A stretch of 63,707 nucleotides of DNA, filler included, from Chiloscyllium plagiosum (Eukaryota): assembly GCF_004010195.1 (NCBI RefSeq). It is 4 parts of one record of this genome, joined end to end, with 100 filler letters (N's around TTAATTAATTAA, not from the genome) between each part and the next. Parts side by side here need not be neighbours in the genome. Positions count along the whole stretch, not along the records: positions 47,420 to 58,645 come from NC_057713.1; positions 58,746 to 63,707 come from NC_057713.1; 2 more parts are not named here. One strand, given 5' to 3'. Position 1 is the first letter of the stretch. Each line of letters begins with the position of its first letter. A model generated the notes under the pieces. It saw only the letters and a list, made by a program, of their open reading frames with translations. It had not been told where the DNA came from and ran no database searches. This document shows positions 52,045-63,707 of the stretch, one piece after another. A program made the position numbers and the translations under genes.

Positions 52045-52887
52045 AGGGGAATGGGTTAGTAAGTTTGCATTTGACACTAAAGTTGGTGGAGTGGTGAACA
52101 GTATGGAAGAATGTTGCAGGTTACAGGGGGACTTGGATAAACTGCAGAATTGGGCTGAGAGGTGCCAAATGGAGATAAATGCGAGGTGATTCACTTTGAG
52201 AAGAATAACAGGAATGCAGAATATTGGGTTAATGAAAAGATTCTTGGTAGTGTGCATTTGCAGAGGGATCTTGGTGTCCATGTACATAGATGCCTAAAAG
52301 TTGCCACTTAGATTAATAGTACTGATAAGAAGGCATACGATGTGTTAGGTTTTATTGGTAGAGGGATTGAGTTCTGGATCGTGATGTCATGCTGCAACTA
52401 TACAAAACGCTAGTGCAGCCTCACTTGGAATATTGTGTACAATTCTGTTCATTCCATTACAGGAAGGATGTGGAAACATTGGAAAAGGTGCAGAGGATAT
52501 TTACCAGGATGTTGCCTGGTCTGAAGTGAAGGTCTTATTGAAAAGAAGAAGGCTAAGAGGGAATTTGATAGACAGAGGATTAGATAGGGTGCACAGTGAG
52601 AGTCTTTTTCCTAGGATGATGACATCGGCTTGTATGAGGGGGCATAGCTACAAATTGAAGGGCGATGGACAGATGTCAGGGACAGGTTCTTTACTCAGAG
52701 AGTGGTAAGGGCGTGGAATGCCCTGCCTGCCAATTTAATTAACTCAGCCACATGAGTGGTATTTAAGCAATCCTTGGATAAGCACATGGATAATGATGGG
52801 ATAGCGTTGGGGGATGGGTTTAGATTATTTCACAGGTTGGTGCAACATCGAGAGCCGAGGGGCCTGATCTGTGCTGTATCATTCTAC
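52045..52887 (+). mobile_element. CR1 ORF2 3' segment and (TATGTTC)n tail
   Basis: Begins at WVSKFAFDTKVGG (KFADDTK motif), ends CTATGTTCTATGTTCT. Confidence 0.92.
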
Positions 52888-53656
52888 GGTCTATGTTCTA
52901 TGTTCTAAGTAGCTGTTTTGGCTAAAAGTACAAGATCAAGATCCTGGCAGCTTTGCAGATCTGCTGCACATTTTGGAATAGTGGCCTGTGTGTTCCCTAA
53001 ATCTATCCCATTAAATCAATTACCTGTCATGTCATATGCGTGCAGCTAAAGATAACCTGCACCATCAGGAATCTGCATCCTGGAGAAGCTACCTGCCCTC
53101 TTAGCCCTGGTTTGGCTCACTGCAGTAAAATGTGGAGATGCTGCAAAAGTGACATAATGTAAGATGTTATTGATGTCTGCCACCTAGAAGAATGTGGAGG
53201 CATAAAGATTGATGGTGAAAAGACTTCACCAGCCTCTTACAGGGCCGTGCTCAGCTTCTGCGAGATTCTAGTAAGGCACTGCTTTTCTCGGTAAGCTATA
53301 GGATAGAGAGAAAGGAGCAGGTATTTCTGTGTACAAACCTCTCCTCCACTCTCACTGCATCCTCAGCTCCACCTCCTGGTCATGTTGCCTCGATCTCAGT
53401 CTCCTGACATGCTCAGACATTCCTCTTTCCTGCCTGTCTGCAAGAACAGCCTACTTCAACCACAAAGTTTCAGTGTTTCCATTATCTCAGCCCAAGCACA
53501 AGTAAGTCATAAGCACTTGGCCTGCAACTTCTTGAGTGGTCTTTTAAATTGTAAGGTTGCAGTGTACATCTTGCAGTTGAACACTTGATCTTTATAGAGT
53601 GACATGAAAATTCAATGAATCCAGATAGATCAAATTTAGAAAATGAACATCACACC

Positions 53657-53759
53657 AGCCAGTTGTCAGTGTGACTCACCATCTCACAGTTCCATTGCTT
53701 CCAGCATTTGCAAGGGACTCCCACACAAGCTCCTTCCTAAAGCAATAACATTGAATAGG
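53657..53759 (+). repeat. ~100-bp unclassified direct repeat, copy 2
   Basis: Matches 49286-49388. Confidence 0.8.
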
Positions 53760-54724
53760 TCATGCTGGAAGTGAGTGGCAATGCAATGTGCACCCCTGCA
53801 GGACATTCAGGTTCAATATTGTTGCCTGCAGTGCCACTACTGATCTATAATGTGTGCTCCATTTATTTAAAAGAGGGATTAAAATAATCTGTACACTTGG
53901 CACAATTACTGTTGAAAGAAAACAATAATGTGTATATTGTCTGACAAATGGTACTTATCATTTTTCATAAAGATGGTCTGGGCAATAGTGTCCATCTAGT
54001 AATATCAGTAACATGCAAAATCGCCTCTGTTCAGGTTACCCTGGATAACACAGTTATATTAAATACTTAAATGAACATGCATTCATTCTATATATACATT
54101 CAAAAGGATCTGTTTCCGGGGTAGTTTTTGAAAAATAAGTGTGAAGTATTGTAGTAAATCCTTGCTTTATTTCCAATTCAGATAAGGAGGAAATTAAAAA
54201 GACACATCAGGGAGGTTTGAATAAATGGTAATAATATTCAGATAGAAGTCCAGCTAACACTATGCTTTTAAGGTGGATACTATCCTGAACAATCAAAATC
54301 CTTTTCCATATCATCAGGGAAGACCAACATCAAGGATGTTTTCACATTTAATTAGATGCTGCAAGCAACATTCATTACTTGTAAATCTTAAAGCTACATT
54401 TTTTTTAGAGTAAGGAATTCTCTATGGAAATTTTCTACCCTCGGTCTGTCGGAAGGAACATCAGAGAGAAATTCACATAAGGAAGAAAGTGTGAGCCAAA
54501 TATTCCACAGCTTCACTGGAGCAAAGCATAATTACCAATGTAACAGTTTGCTTATAAGCTGTACAACATTATCTATATAAACAAAGAAGATAGGTTCATG
54601 AATGAAGGAAAGAGTTTAGAATTGAGTAAAATCTGAATTTGTTCGAGAAAATTAAGATCAATATTACATCAAACGCTAACCACACTAACATGATGACTAC
54701 ATGTTACAGTATAAAATATATGAT

Positions 54725-55080
54725 GAGGGTTTCTGCCTCTCCAACACTTTCAGGCATTGAGTTCCAAACCCCCACAATGTTCCAGCTGAAAAGAAATTCT
54801 CCTATCCTTCAACTAATTCACATTTATGTCCAATGATTATTGACCTCTTAGCTAATGGAAATAAATCCTTCCTACCCTTTTGTTTAGACCTCTCATAATT
54901 TTATACACCTCAATTAAATCGCCGCTCAGTTTCCTCTGTTTCAAAGAATTCATTCCCAAACGTATCTACTTTCTCCTCATAGCTAAAGTTAATTCCTGCA
55001 AATACCTTCATAAATCTATAATGCATCTTCTTGCATTGATCACATCCTCCTTCCTATGCAGTGTCTAGAACTGATGCTTA
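54725..55080 (-). mobile_element. Old CR1 3' fragment
   Basis: CCTCTCATAATTTTATACACCTCAATTAAATCGCCGCTCAG is the reverse complement of the LRGDLIEVYKIMRG motif. Confidence 0.7.
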
Positions 55081-55179
55081 ATTTTCAGCACTGACTATAT
55101 AGACACTTGCATGCATCTTACATAATGGGGAAATATTATGAGTCGAAACCAGGATCATTTCAACATCCCTTTAGAAAGT

Positions 55180-55338
55180 AAAATACTGTAGATATTTCAA
55201 ATCTGAAACTAATCTGGAAATGCTGGAAATACTCACCAGGTAAACAGAATCCCTGGAGAGAACAGGTACAGACTCTAAGCAAAACCTTGCCTCTGCAGAT
55301 ACTGCCTGCCTTGCTGGGTGTTTCCAGCATTTTCTTTT
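55180..55338. mobile_element. Old fold-back PLE-derived repeat
   Basis: Diverged inverted arms AAATGCTGGAAATACTCACCAGG... / ...CCTTGCTGGGTGTTTCCAGCATTT. Confidence 0.6.
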
Positions 55339-56691
55339 ACTGTACCAGTTTGGTTACTTAATTGCCTGTTGCATCCACAGAGGATACTGACCAGCACTTA
55401 TTATTTGTGTTGTAACTGTCTTTTTGAAATATAATTAGCATGCAAAGTAACTGCAGATTTCATTTTTGTGTGAATAATTTCAGTAATTACATATTGTTAA
55501 TAGAATATAAGTGCAAAAGCATGCTTTTCTAAAAGGTATCCTTTTAAAAGGTCACAACAAGATAACAAAATTCAGACAGGCGGTTTCATAACAAAGTAGG
55601 TAATTTTGAGAGTAAGAAAATTATTAATCAAAATGAACAAAGTTCAATCTCTAACCTTCAAAAGTGAACTATATATCTCCCTCTTGCAGCCTTCCCCATG
55701 AATTTTCTCCAGGCTTTGGGCTATGATTTGGATATGAAAAACCTTCCCTGCACTCCAGTTGTCACAGGGGCATAGACTGCAGTCTTTGGATGGATACCAA
55801 TACTTGAGTTTGCAACATGTTTTTACATCTTCCTTCCTTTATAAAAAGGTTATCAAAGAAGGAAATATTTTGTAAGCTTATCAGTCCATGCATTATCATT
55901 GTTTTCAAACCACTCACAAATGGATAGATGGAAAATTACATATACTTTGTGCCAATCAGTACATTATGAGAATGATTTGCTTTACTGTAGAATTGTCAAA
56001 TGAAGGAAATTAAAATTGCAGTAACATTATGCAATGAGAAGGGACAATTAAAAGTTCAAAGCATTTGTGTGCTCCAGTATCATAAAAGGGGGAACTGTCA
56101 ATTTAACACAATGTCATGGATAGATTTCAGGTTTTTCCTTCCTTTTTTGTAAATCAATGTGTGTACTCTGTTACCTTTGAAGTGAGTAATTTTATCTAAA
56201 TAACTCAGCAGCAAGCTTTAGTGAAGTTAAGAAAGTTATTTTATTTCTCATGCCCTTTCACCGAACGTTAACATAAAAATGAGATCGCAACCATTTGACT
56301 CACTAACAATATCACACCATAAAACAAAATACAAATTCAGGCAATAGAAATTACCCTTAGAAATTATCTTGTTTTTCTTTTTCCTCAAAATGCAGTTTCT
56401 AGAACATACCATGAAAGATTCAGGATATTGATATATAATTTGGTGCTTGGCATGTTACATTTCCCTCTGTGCAAAGAAAAAAAATACATATTTTACAGTA
56501 TGACAGGCAGAGTCTTTGGAGTAAAGAAAAGTTAATGTGTGCAAATTACTCAACCCTTGGAATTGTGAGCAATAATGAGTCATTTGGGAAAATATGACAG
56601 GATATGAAAAGTGACATTCTCAACATCAAGAAAAGATGCCTGATTCTGCAATCAGGTTTTAAACAACAACATGAGAAACTTGATAGTGACG

Positions 56692-57275
56692 TTGATGTTG
56701 CAGCTGTACAGGACGTTGGTTAGGCCACTGTTGGAATATTGCGTGCAATTCTGTCTCCTTCGTATTGGAAAGATGTTGTGAAACTTGAAAGGGTTCAGAA
56801 AAGATTTATAAGGATGTTGCCAGGGTTGGAGGATTTGAGAAATAGGGAGAAGTTGAATAGGCTAGGGCTGTTTTCTCTGGAGTGTTGGAGGCTGAGGGGT
56901 GACCTTATAGGGGTTGACAAAATTATGAGGGTTATGGATAGGATAAATAGACAAAGTCTTTTCCCTGGGGTCGGGGCATCCAGAACTAGAGGGCATAGGT
57001 TTATAGTGAGAGGGGAAAGATGTAAAAGAGACCTAAGGGGCAACTTTTTCTTGCAGAGTGTGGTACGTGTATGGAATGAACTGCCAGAGGAAGTGGTGGA
57101 GGCTAGTACAATTGCAACATTTAAAAGGCATCTGGATGGGTATATGAATAGGAAGGGTTTGGAGGAATATGGGTCGGCTCCTGGCAGGTGGGACTAGATT
57201 GGGTTAGGATATCTGGTCGGCATGGATGGGTTGGACCAAAGGGTCTGTTTCCATGCTGTACATCTCTATGGCTCC
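56692..57275 (+). mobile_element. CR1 (HER1-like) 3' end
   Basis: KLERVQKRFIRMLPGL..LRGDLI..WNELPEEVVEA; conserved 3' UTR. Confidence 0.94.
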
Positions 57276-57569
57276 ATAATGCATGCCTATTTGCATGCAT
57301 TAATATCTCATTTTTACCTAATCGCTCCTCATTGGTATGCATTTTCCAATTTCACGGAGAGAAATTAAATGGTGACAATTCCTAACATGAACATGTGAGT
57401 GGGCAATTGGTAACTCCAAATCACTTCTCCGACCTCCACCTTACAGAGGAGCCACCGATATCTCAGGCCACATTTCATGAGCAACACCACATGTACCCAC
57501 TCCGCCTTCACACAGAGAATGGCATTGGACATGTTGTGTGATTTTGGCTTGGGAATATGTGTAGTTCCT

Positions 57570-58449
57570 GAGGAGCAGAGGAAGAGATTCTGCTCGAGTG
57601 CTGTCAGTTCGATGCAGCGGACGTGTGCTGGCAAGGGAGAAACCGCGGGGATCGTGTTGTGAGTCATCGGAGCTGCTGGAGACCATTGCTGGATTGTGAT
57701 TGGATGTTGGAGGATTGTTGGGTTGTGCTGACCTGCTCTTGGTGGATCTTTATGCTGGCTTCGGCCTAATGCCAATTCAGGTACCAGCCAAACTCTGAGC
57801 TATGGCCTCAGCAGCCGCTCGCAGCCCTGGCCAGGGCATTCGCAACACAGTCAGGGTGACTGTGAAGAAGGTGGAGGAGCACACACCGGTCGATCGGATG
57901 GTGTTTGTGAAGAAGATTTTGCTGGAGTGCTGCGGGTTCGAAGCAGCGGACGTGTGCTGCCTGCAGGATCTCCCTGCGGCAGGCTATTTCGATGTGACCT
58001 TCAGGAGCGTGAAGAATTGCGAGCAGCTCCTGAAGGTCTTCAAGGAGAAGGAAGGGGAACCTCTGTTCTCCATCTTGTCGGCGGTCCCATTGTGTGTGCT
58101 TCCTGTGCAGAGGGGTCGGGTTGTAACAATCTAGATGTACAACCCTCACGTCCCAGCAGCAGATGTCCTGACCTTCTTGAGGAGATACGTCCAGGTCGAG
58201 GGAGAGAGTACCGATGTGGTCGATCCTTTCGGGATCTGGACCAACAAACGACAGGTCAGGGTAACCGTGAGGGTCGATGCCAGTGGGAACATCCTCCGCC
58301 CACCCTCCAGCTTTGCCATTGGAGGAAGCAGAGGTTACCTGACATACGCAGGGCAGCCAAAAGTGTGCCGAACCTGCGGGAGGTCAGGCCACATGGCGGC
58401 GGATTGCAAGGTGACCGTCTGCCGAAATTGCAAGCAGGAAGAAATGTGA
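57570..58449 (+). mobile_element. Tx1/L1-clade LINE 5' UTR + ORF1 (ZCCHC3-like gag), disrupted
   Basis: ORF from 57802 (GYFDVTF..MYNPHVP..DPFGIWT..RGYLTYAGQPKVCRTCGRSGHMAADC, CCHC knuckle); single in-frame TAG at 58132-58134; truncated in second knuckle. Confidence 0.87.
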
Positions 58450-58458
58450 GAAGTGAAT

Positions 58459-58645
58459 GGGCGGCACGGTGGCACAGTGGTTAGCACTGTTGCCTCACAG
58501 CGCCAGAGACCCGGGTTCAATTCCCGCCTCAGGCGACTGACTTCGTGGAGTTTGCACGTTCTCCCCGTGTCTGCGTGGGTTTCCTCCGGGTGCTCCGGTT
58601 TCCTCCCACCGTCCAAAGATGTGCAGGGTCAGGTGAATTGGCCAT
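58459..58645 (+). mobile_element. HE1-type SINE 5' part (young), running into gap
   Basis: GGGCGGCACGGTGGCACAGTGGTTAGC...GGTTCAATTCC. Confidence 0.93.
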
Positions 58646-58745
58646 NNNNNNNNNNNNNNNNNNNNNNNNNNNNNNNNNNNNNNNNNNNNTTAATTAATTA
58701 ANNNNNNNNNNNNNNNNNNNNNNNNNNNNNNNNNNNNNNNNNNNN
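58646..58745. other. Assembly gap spacer
   Basis: N44-TTAATTAATTAA-N44. Confidence 0.97.
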
Positions 58746-59322
58746 TCCTGATTTCCCTCTTAAGTATACTCCTACTTCCTTTATACTTTTCTAAGGATTC
58801 ACTCGATCTATCCTGTCTGTACCTGACATATGCTTCCTTCTTTTTCTTAACCAAACCCTCAATTTCTTTAGTCATCCAGCATTCCCTATACCCACCAGCC
58901 TTCCCTTTCACCCTGACAGGAAAATACTTTCTCTGGATTCTTGTTATCTCATTTCTGAAGGCTTCCCAGTGTCCAACCGTCCCTTTACCTGCGGACATTT
59001 GCCTCCAATCACCTTTTGAAAATTCTTGCCAAATACTGTCAAAATTGGTCTTTCTCCAATTTAGAACTTCAACTTTTAGCTCTGGTCTATCCTTTTCCAT
59101 CACTATTTTAAAACGAATAGAATTATGGTCGCTGGCCCCAAAATGCTCCCCCACTGACACCTCAGTCACCTGCCCTGCCTTATTTCCCAAGAGTAGGTCA
59201 AGATTTGCAGCTTCTCTGGTAGGTGCAGCCACATACTGAATCAGAAAATTGTCTCGTCCACACTTAAGAAATTCGTCTCCATCTAAACCTTTAACACTCT
59301 GGCAGTCTCAGTCGAGATTTGG
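58746..59322 (-). mobile_element. CR1 ORF2 fragment (EN C-terminus and linker)
   Basis: PTREAANLDLLLGN..SDHNSIRF..NWRKTNFD; same subfamily as 8300-8870. Confidence 0.92.
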
Positions 59323-60690
59323 ACATCTTAGTAAATCTCCTCTGAACCCTTTCCAAAGCTTGCACATCCTTCCGATAATGTGGTGACCAGAATTGTACCT
59401 AATACTCCAAGTGCAACCGCACCAGAGTTTTGTACAGCTGCAGCATGACCTCGTGGCTCCAAAACTCATTCGCTCTACCAATAAAACATAACACACCGTT
59501 TGCTTTCTTAACAAACCAATCAACTTGGGTTGCAACTTTCAGGGAACTATGTACATGGACACCAAGATCTCTCTGCTCTTCTACACTAACAAGAATCTTA
59601 CCATTCGCTCAGCACTCTTTATTCCTGTTGCTCCTTCCAAAATGAATTACCTCACACTTTCTGCATTAAGCTCTATTTGCCACCACTCAGCCCAGCTTTG
59701 CAGCTTATCTATGTCGCTCTGTAACCTGCAACACTATCCAAAACTTCACTAACCTTTGTGTCATCTGCAAATTTATTAACCCATCCTTCTACGTCCTCAT
59801 GTAGGTCATTTATAAAAATGACAAACAACAGTGGTCTCAAAACAAATCCTTGCAGAACACCACCAGTAACTGAACTCCAGGATGAACCTTTCCCATCAAC
59901 AACCACCCTTTGTCTTCTTTCAGCTAGCTAATTTCTGATCCAAACTGCGAACTCACCCTCAATCCCATTCCTCCATATTTTGTGCAAAAGCCTACCGTGG
60001 GGAACCTTATCAAATGCCTTACTGAAATCAACCACATCAACCACTTTACCCTCATCCACTGTTTGGTTACCATATCAAAGAACTCAATACGGTTTGTGAG
60101 GCACAACCTACCCTTCACAAAACCGCGTTGACTATCTCTAATCAAATTATTCCTCTCTAGATAATTACAAATACTATTTCTTACAACCTTTTCTAACACT
60201 TTCCCCACAACTGAAGTAAGGCTCAATGGTCTATAATTGCCAGGTTTTCTAGACTCCTCTTCTTGAACAAGGAGGCAACATTTGCTATCCTCTACTCTTC
60301 TGGTGGTATTATTGTAGACAATGATGCCATAAAGATCAAAGCCAAAGAATCTGCAATCTCCTCACTGGCTTCCCAGAATCCTAGGATAAATCCCATCCCA
60401 CAGGGGACTTATCCATTTTCACAGTTTCCAGTATTGCTAACACGTCCTCCTTGCGAAATGTTAATCACGTCTAATCTAGTAGCCTGTATCTCAGTATTCT
60501 CTTTAACAACGTTGCCTTTTTCCAGTGTGAATATTGATGAAAAATTTTCATTTAGCGCTTTCTCTATCTCCACAGACTCCACACACAACTTTCCACTACT
60601 GTCCTTGATTGGCCCTAATCTAACTCTAGTAAGACTTCCCATGTCTCCTCTTGGCTCTCCTTAGCTCTCTCTTTTGGTCTTTCCTGGATA
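59323..60690 (-). mobile_element. CR1 ORF2 RT fragment (second subfamily)
   Basis: SLTSVVGKVLEK, GVLQGFVLRPLLFVIFINDL..KFADDTK. Confidence 0.92.
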
Positions 60691-61099
60691 TGGTGACCTT
60701 GCACAATTAATAATGGGAAATATGGTGACTTTGCAAAATTAATAAAATAGGAGACATTGCATGTCAGTCGGCTGTCAGCAAGAAGATCTCCCATCACTAA
60801 GTCAGAGGCAGGAAGTTTGTGACGTGCTCATCTGCTTAGTGGTGGGATGTCACTTATTCTCATTTGTCTGTTTGGTATCAAATATCCCTGAGTTGACAGG
60901 AATGCTGTGGTTTCCCACATTAAATGTAGCCTATTATAGACAGCGAGTAATCCAAGATGGAGGATGGAAAGGATATCTGGCTGTAGGAGCTGCTCCTTTT
61001 TTTGAGGTATTTTGGGTGTTGGAGGTGATTTCCTCGAGGTCCAGGAGCGGCAATTGCTGTTTTATATGCTGTTGCATTGTTTTGGAATTTTGGAGGAAG

Positions 61100-63707
61100 A
61101 GAGTTGAAACAATGGCAGTTTTGAAGGGGAGAGGTCCAGACAAAGGAAGCACATGGTGAGGAAAATGTGGGGGAGAGAGAGAGATAGAAAACCTGCACAG
61201 TTACCGCCTTTGCTGTTTGGGTTCGTGTGTCGCTGGACATCGGAGTACATCTGGGAAAATTGGCAATCGGTGAAGTTCACAGCTAATCTTGGAGGAACTG
61301 TTGGGCGAAGTTCACAGCACAGAATCAGATAAGTTAATTGGTGTTTTAAGTCTGTCCAAGAGAAAGGCTGCAGTAGTGAGTATAGTGGGTTCTTTCTTGA
61401 TTATATGTTTTTGGAGATAAGTCTCTTGATTAAACTGAAAATATAAGGCACGGCTATTAATTTAACCTGGGGAAGTGTTTGTAGAGGAATAAGATGGTGT
61501 TATTTTCTGGGTCTATAGATTGTGAAGGAGCAAAAATGGCCTTTGCAGTAATATGTACTTCTTGTCAGATGTGGGAGTTTAAAGAGAGTTTAAGGGTTAC
61601 TGCGGATTATATCTGTCATAAATGCTGTTGGATGCGAATCTTATCAGATCGAGTGGATGGGTTGGAGAGACAGAAAGAAGCGATGAGGAATTTGCAACAG
61701 CAACAGTATATGATGGATGGCAGTTATAGGAAGGGGGCAAAGTCTCAGATACAGTCACATAGATGGGTTAACTCCAGGAAGGGTAAGAGAGGTAGGCAGC
61801 AAGTGCAGGAGTCTTTTGTGGATATACCCATTTCAAACAGGTATGCTGTTTTGGAAAATATAGGGGGTGATGGATTCTCTGGGGAATGTAGCACGAACAG
61901 CCAAGTTTCTGGTATTGAGACAGGGTCTAATGCAACGTGGGGTACATCGGCTTCCAAAAGATCAATTTGGGGCAGCACTGTGTCTCAGTGTTTAGCACTG
62001 CTGCCTCACAGCGCCAGGGTCCCAGGTTCGATTCCAGCCTGGGGTGACTGTCTGTGTGGAGTTTGCACATTCTCCCCGTGTCTGCGTGAGTTTCCTCTGG
62101 GTGCTCCGGTTTCCTACCATAGTCCAAAGATGTGCAGGTCAGGTAAATTGGCCATGCTAAATTGCCTGTAGTGTTGGGTGCATTAGTCAGAGGGTAATGG
62201 GTTTGGGTGGGTTACTCTTTGGAGGGTCGGTGTGGACTGGCTGGGCCAAAGGGCCTGTTTCCACACTGTAGGGAACCTAATCTAATCTAAAAACAAATTG
62301 TATTAGGGGATTCTGTAGTCTGAGGTACAGACAGACATCTATGTGGTCAGCAGAGAAAAAGCAGAATGATGTGTTGTTTCCCTGGTGCCAGGACCAAGGA
62401 TGTCTCAGAGACGATGCAGAATGTTCTCACGGGGGAGAGGGACCAGCAGGAAGTCATTGTCCACATTGGAACCAACGACATAGGAAGGGAAAAGGTTGAG
62501 GTTCTGAAGGGTGATTACAGCGAGTTAGGCAGAAATTTAAAAAGGTGGTCCTCAAGGGTAGTAATATCTGGATTACTCCCAGTGCTACGAGCTAGTGAGG
62601 GCAGGAATAGGAGATTAGAGCAGATGAATGCATGGCTGAGGAGCTGGTGTATGGGAGAAGGATTCACATTTTTGGATCATTGGGATCTCGTTTGGGGTAG
62701 AAGTGACCTGTACAAGAAGGACGGATTGCACCTAAATTGGAAGGGGACTGGTATACTGGTAGGGAAATTTGCCAGAACTGCTTGGGAGGATTTAAGGTGG
62801 GCCCAGGGAGATAGTGAGGAAAGAGATCGATCTGAGACCAGTACAGCTGAGAACAGAAGTGAGTCAAACAGTCAGGGCAGGCCAGGACAAGGTAGGACAA
62901 ATAAATTAAACTGCTTTTATTTCAATGAAAGGGGCCTAACAGGGAAAGCAGATGAACTCAGGGCATGGTTAGGAACATGGGACTGGGATATCATAGTCAA
63001 TTACAGAAACATGGCTCAGGGATGGGCAGGACTGGCAGCTTAATGTTCCAGGATGCAAATGCTACAACAAGGACAGAAAGGGAGGCAAGAGAGGAGGGGA
63101 GGTGACGTTTTGATAAAGGATAGCATTACAGCTGTACTGAGGCAGGATATTCCCAGAAATACATCCAGGAAAGTTATTTGTGTGGAACTGAGAAATAAGA
63201 AAGAGATGATCACCTTATTGGGATTGTTTATAGAAACCCCAATAGTCAGAGGAAATTGAGAAACAAACTTGTAAGGAGATCTCAGCTATTTGCAAGAATA
63301 ATAGGGTAGTTATGACAGGTGATTTTAACTTTCCAGACATCAATTGGGACTGCCATAGTGTTAAAAGTTTAGATGGAGAGGAATTTATTAAGTGTGTACA
63401 AGACAATTTTCTGACCTACCAGAGAAGATGCAAAACTTGGGAAATAAGGCAGGGCAGGACTGAGGTGTCAGTGGGGGAGCACTTTGGGGCTAGCGACCAT
63501 AATTCTATTCATTTGAAAATAGTGATGGAAAAGGGTAGACCAGATCTAAAAGTTGAAGTTATAAATTTGAGAATGGCCAATTTTGACGGTATTAGGCAAG
63601 AACCTTCGAAAGCTGATTGGAGGCAGATGTTCGCAGGTAAAGGGACGGCTGGAACAGGGGAAGCCTTCAGAAATGAGATAACAAGAATCCAGAGAAAGTA
63701 TATTCCT
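61100..63707 (+). mobile_element. CR1 LINE 5' half: 5' UTR, ORF1 (zinc finger/coiled coil + SGNH esterase), ORF2 endonuclease; decayed
   Basis: ORF1 from ATG 61536: CTSCQMWE..YICHKC, VLGDS, CFPGA, VHIGTND, DGLHLN; ORF2 NCFYFNERG, TGDFNFPDI; stops and frameshifts; 5' boundary uncertain. Confidence 0.92.
61968..62290 (+). mobile_element. HE1-type SINE inserted in CR1 ORF1
   Basis: Splits KRS|IVLGDS; full A/B boxes and (CTAAT)n tail. Confidence 0.93.

Noticed and set aside
61494..62171. 225-aa ORF as a novel fusion protein
   Set aside because: CR1 ORF1 N-terminus reading through by chance into an inserted HE1 SINE
1..63707. CRISPR arrays, operons or other prokaryotic systems
   Set aside because: Vertebrate repeat-rich DNA; no regularly spaced repeat-spacer array or prokaryotic gene organisation

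Overview
Eukaryotic, repeat-saturated DNA from a cartilaginous fish (inferred from HE1-type SINEs, the CR1/HER1-type LINEs that share their tail, and shark-type Penelope and Tx1 elements). It is a draft scaffold with three artificial 100-nt gap spacers (N44-TTAATTAATTAA-N44). I can support no intact host protein-coding gene, so the window is intergenic or lies in a long intron. Essentially all recognisable ORFs are decayed retroelement pieces: CR1 ORF1 (zinc finger + SGNH esterase) and ORF2 (EN+RT), Penelope RT/GIY-YIG, Tx1/L1 ORF1 and ORF2 C-terminus, and Gypsy gag/integrase, plus solo LTRs. Most notable: (1) about nine minimal type-I hammerhead ribozyme cores in Penelope terminal repeats; (2) short TSD-flanked fold-back Penelope derivatives, one a 175-bp near-perfect palindrome that turns inside the ribozyme core; (3) a textbook recursive-splice-site motif (branch point, polypyrimidine tract, CAG|GTAAGT) on the minus strand in unique DNA at ~20.3 kb; (4) a CR1 with a twin-priming-like 5' inversion; (5) a Poseidon/Neptune-type Penelope chimera; (6) a Tx1-type poly(A) tail abutting the interior of an HE1 SINE. 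Family names come from recall of motifs, not a database search; most element boundaries are approximate.
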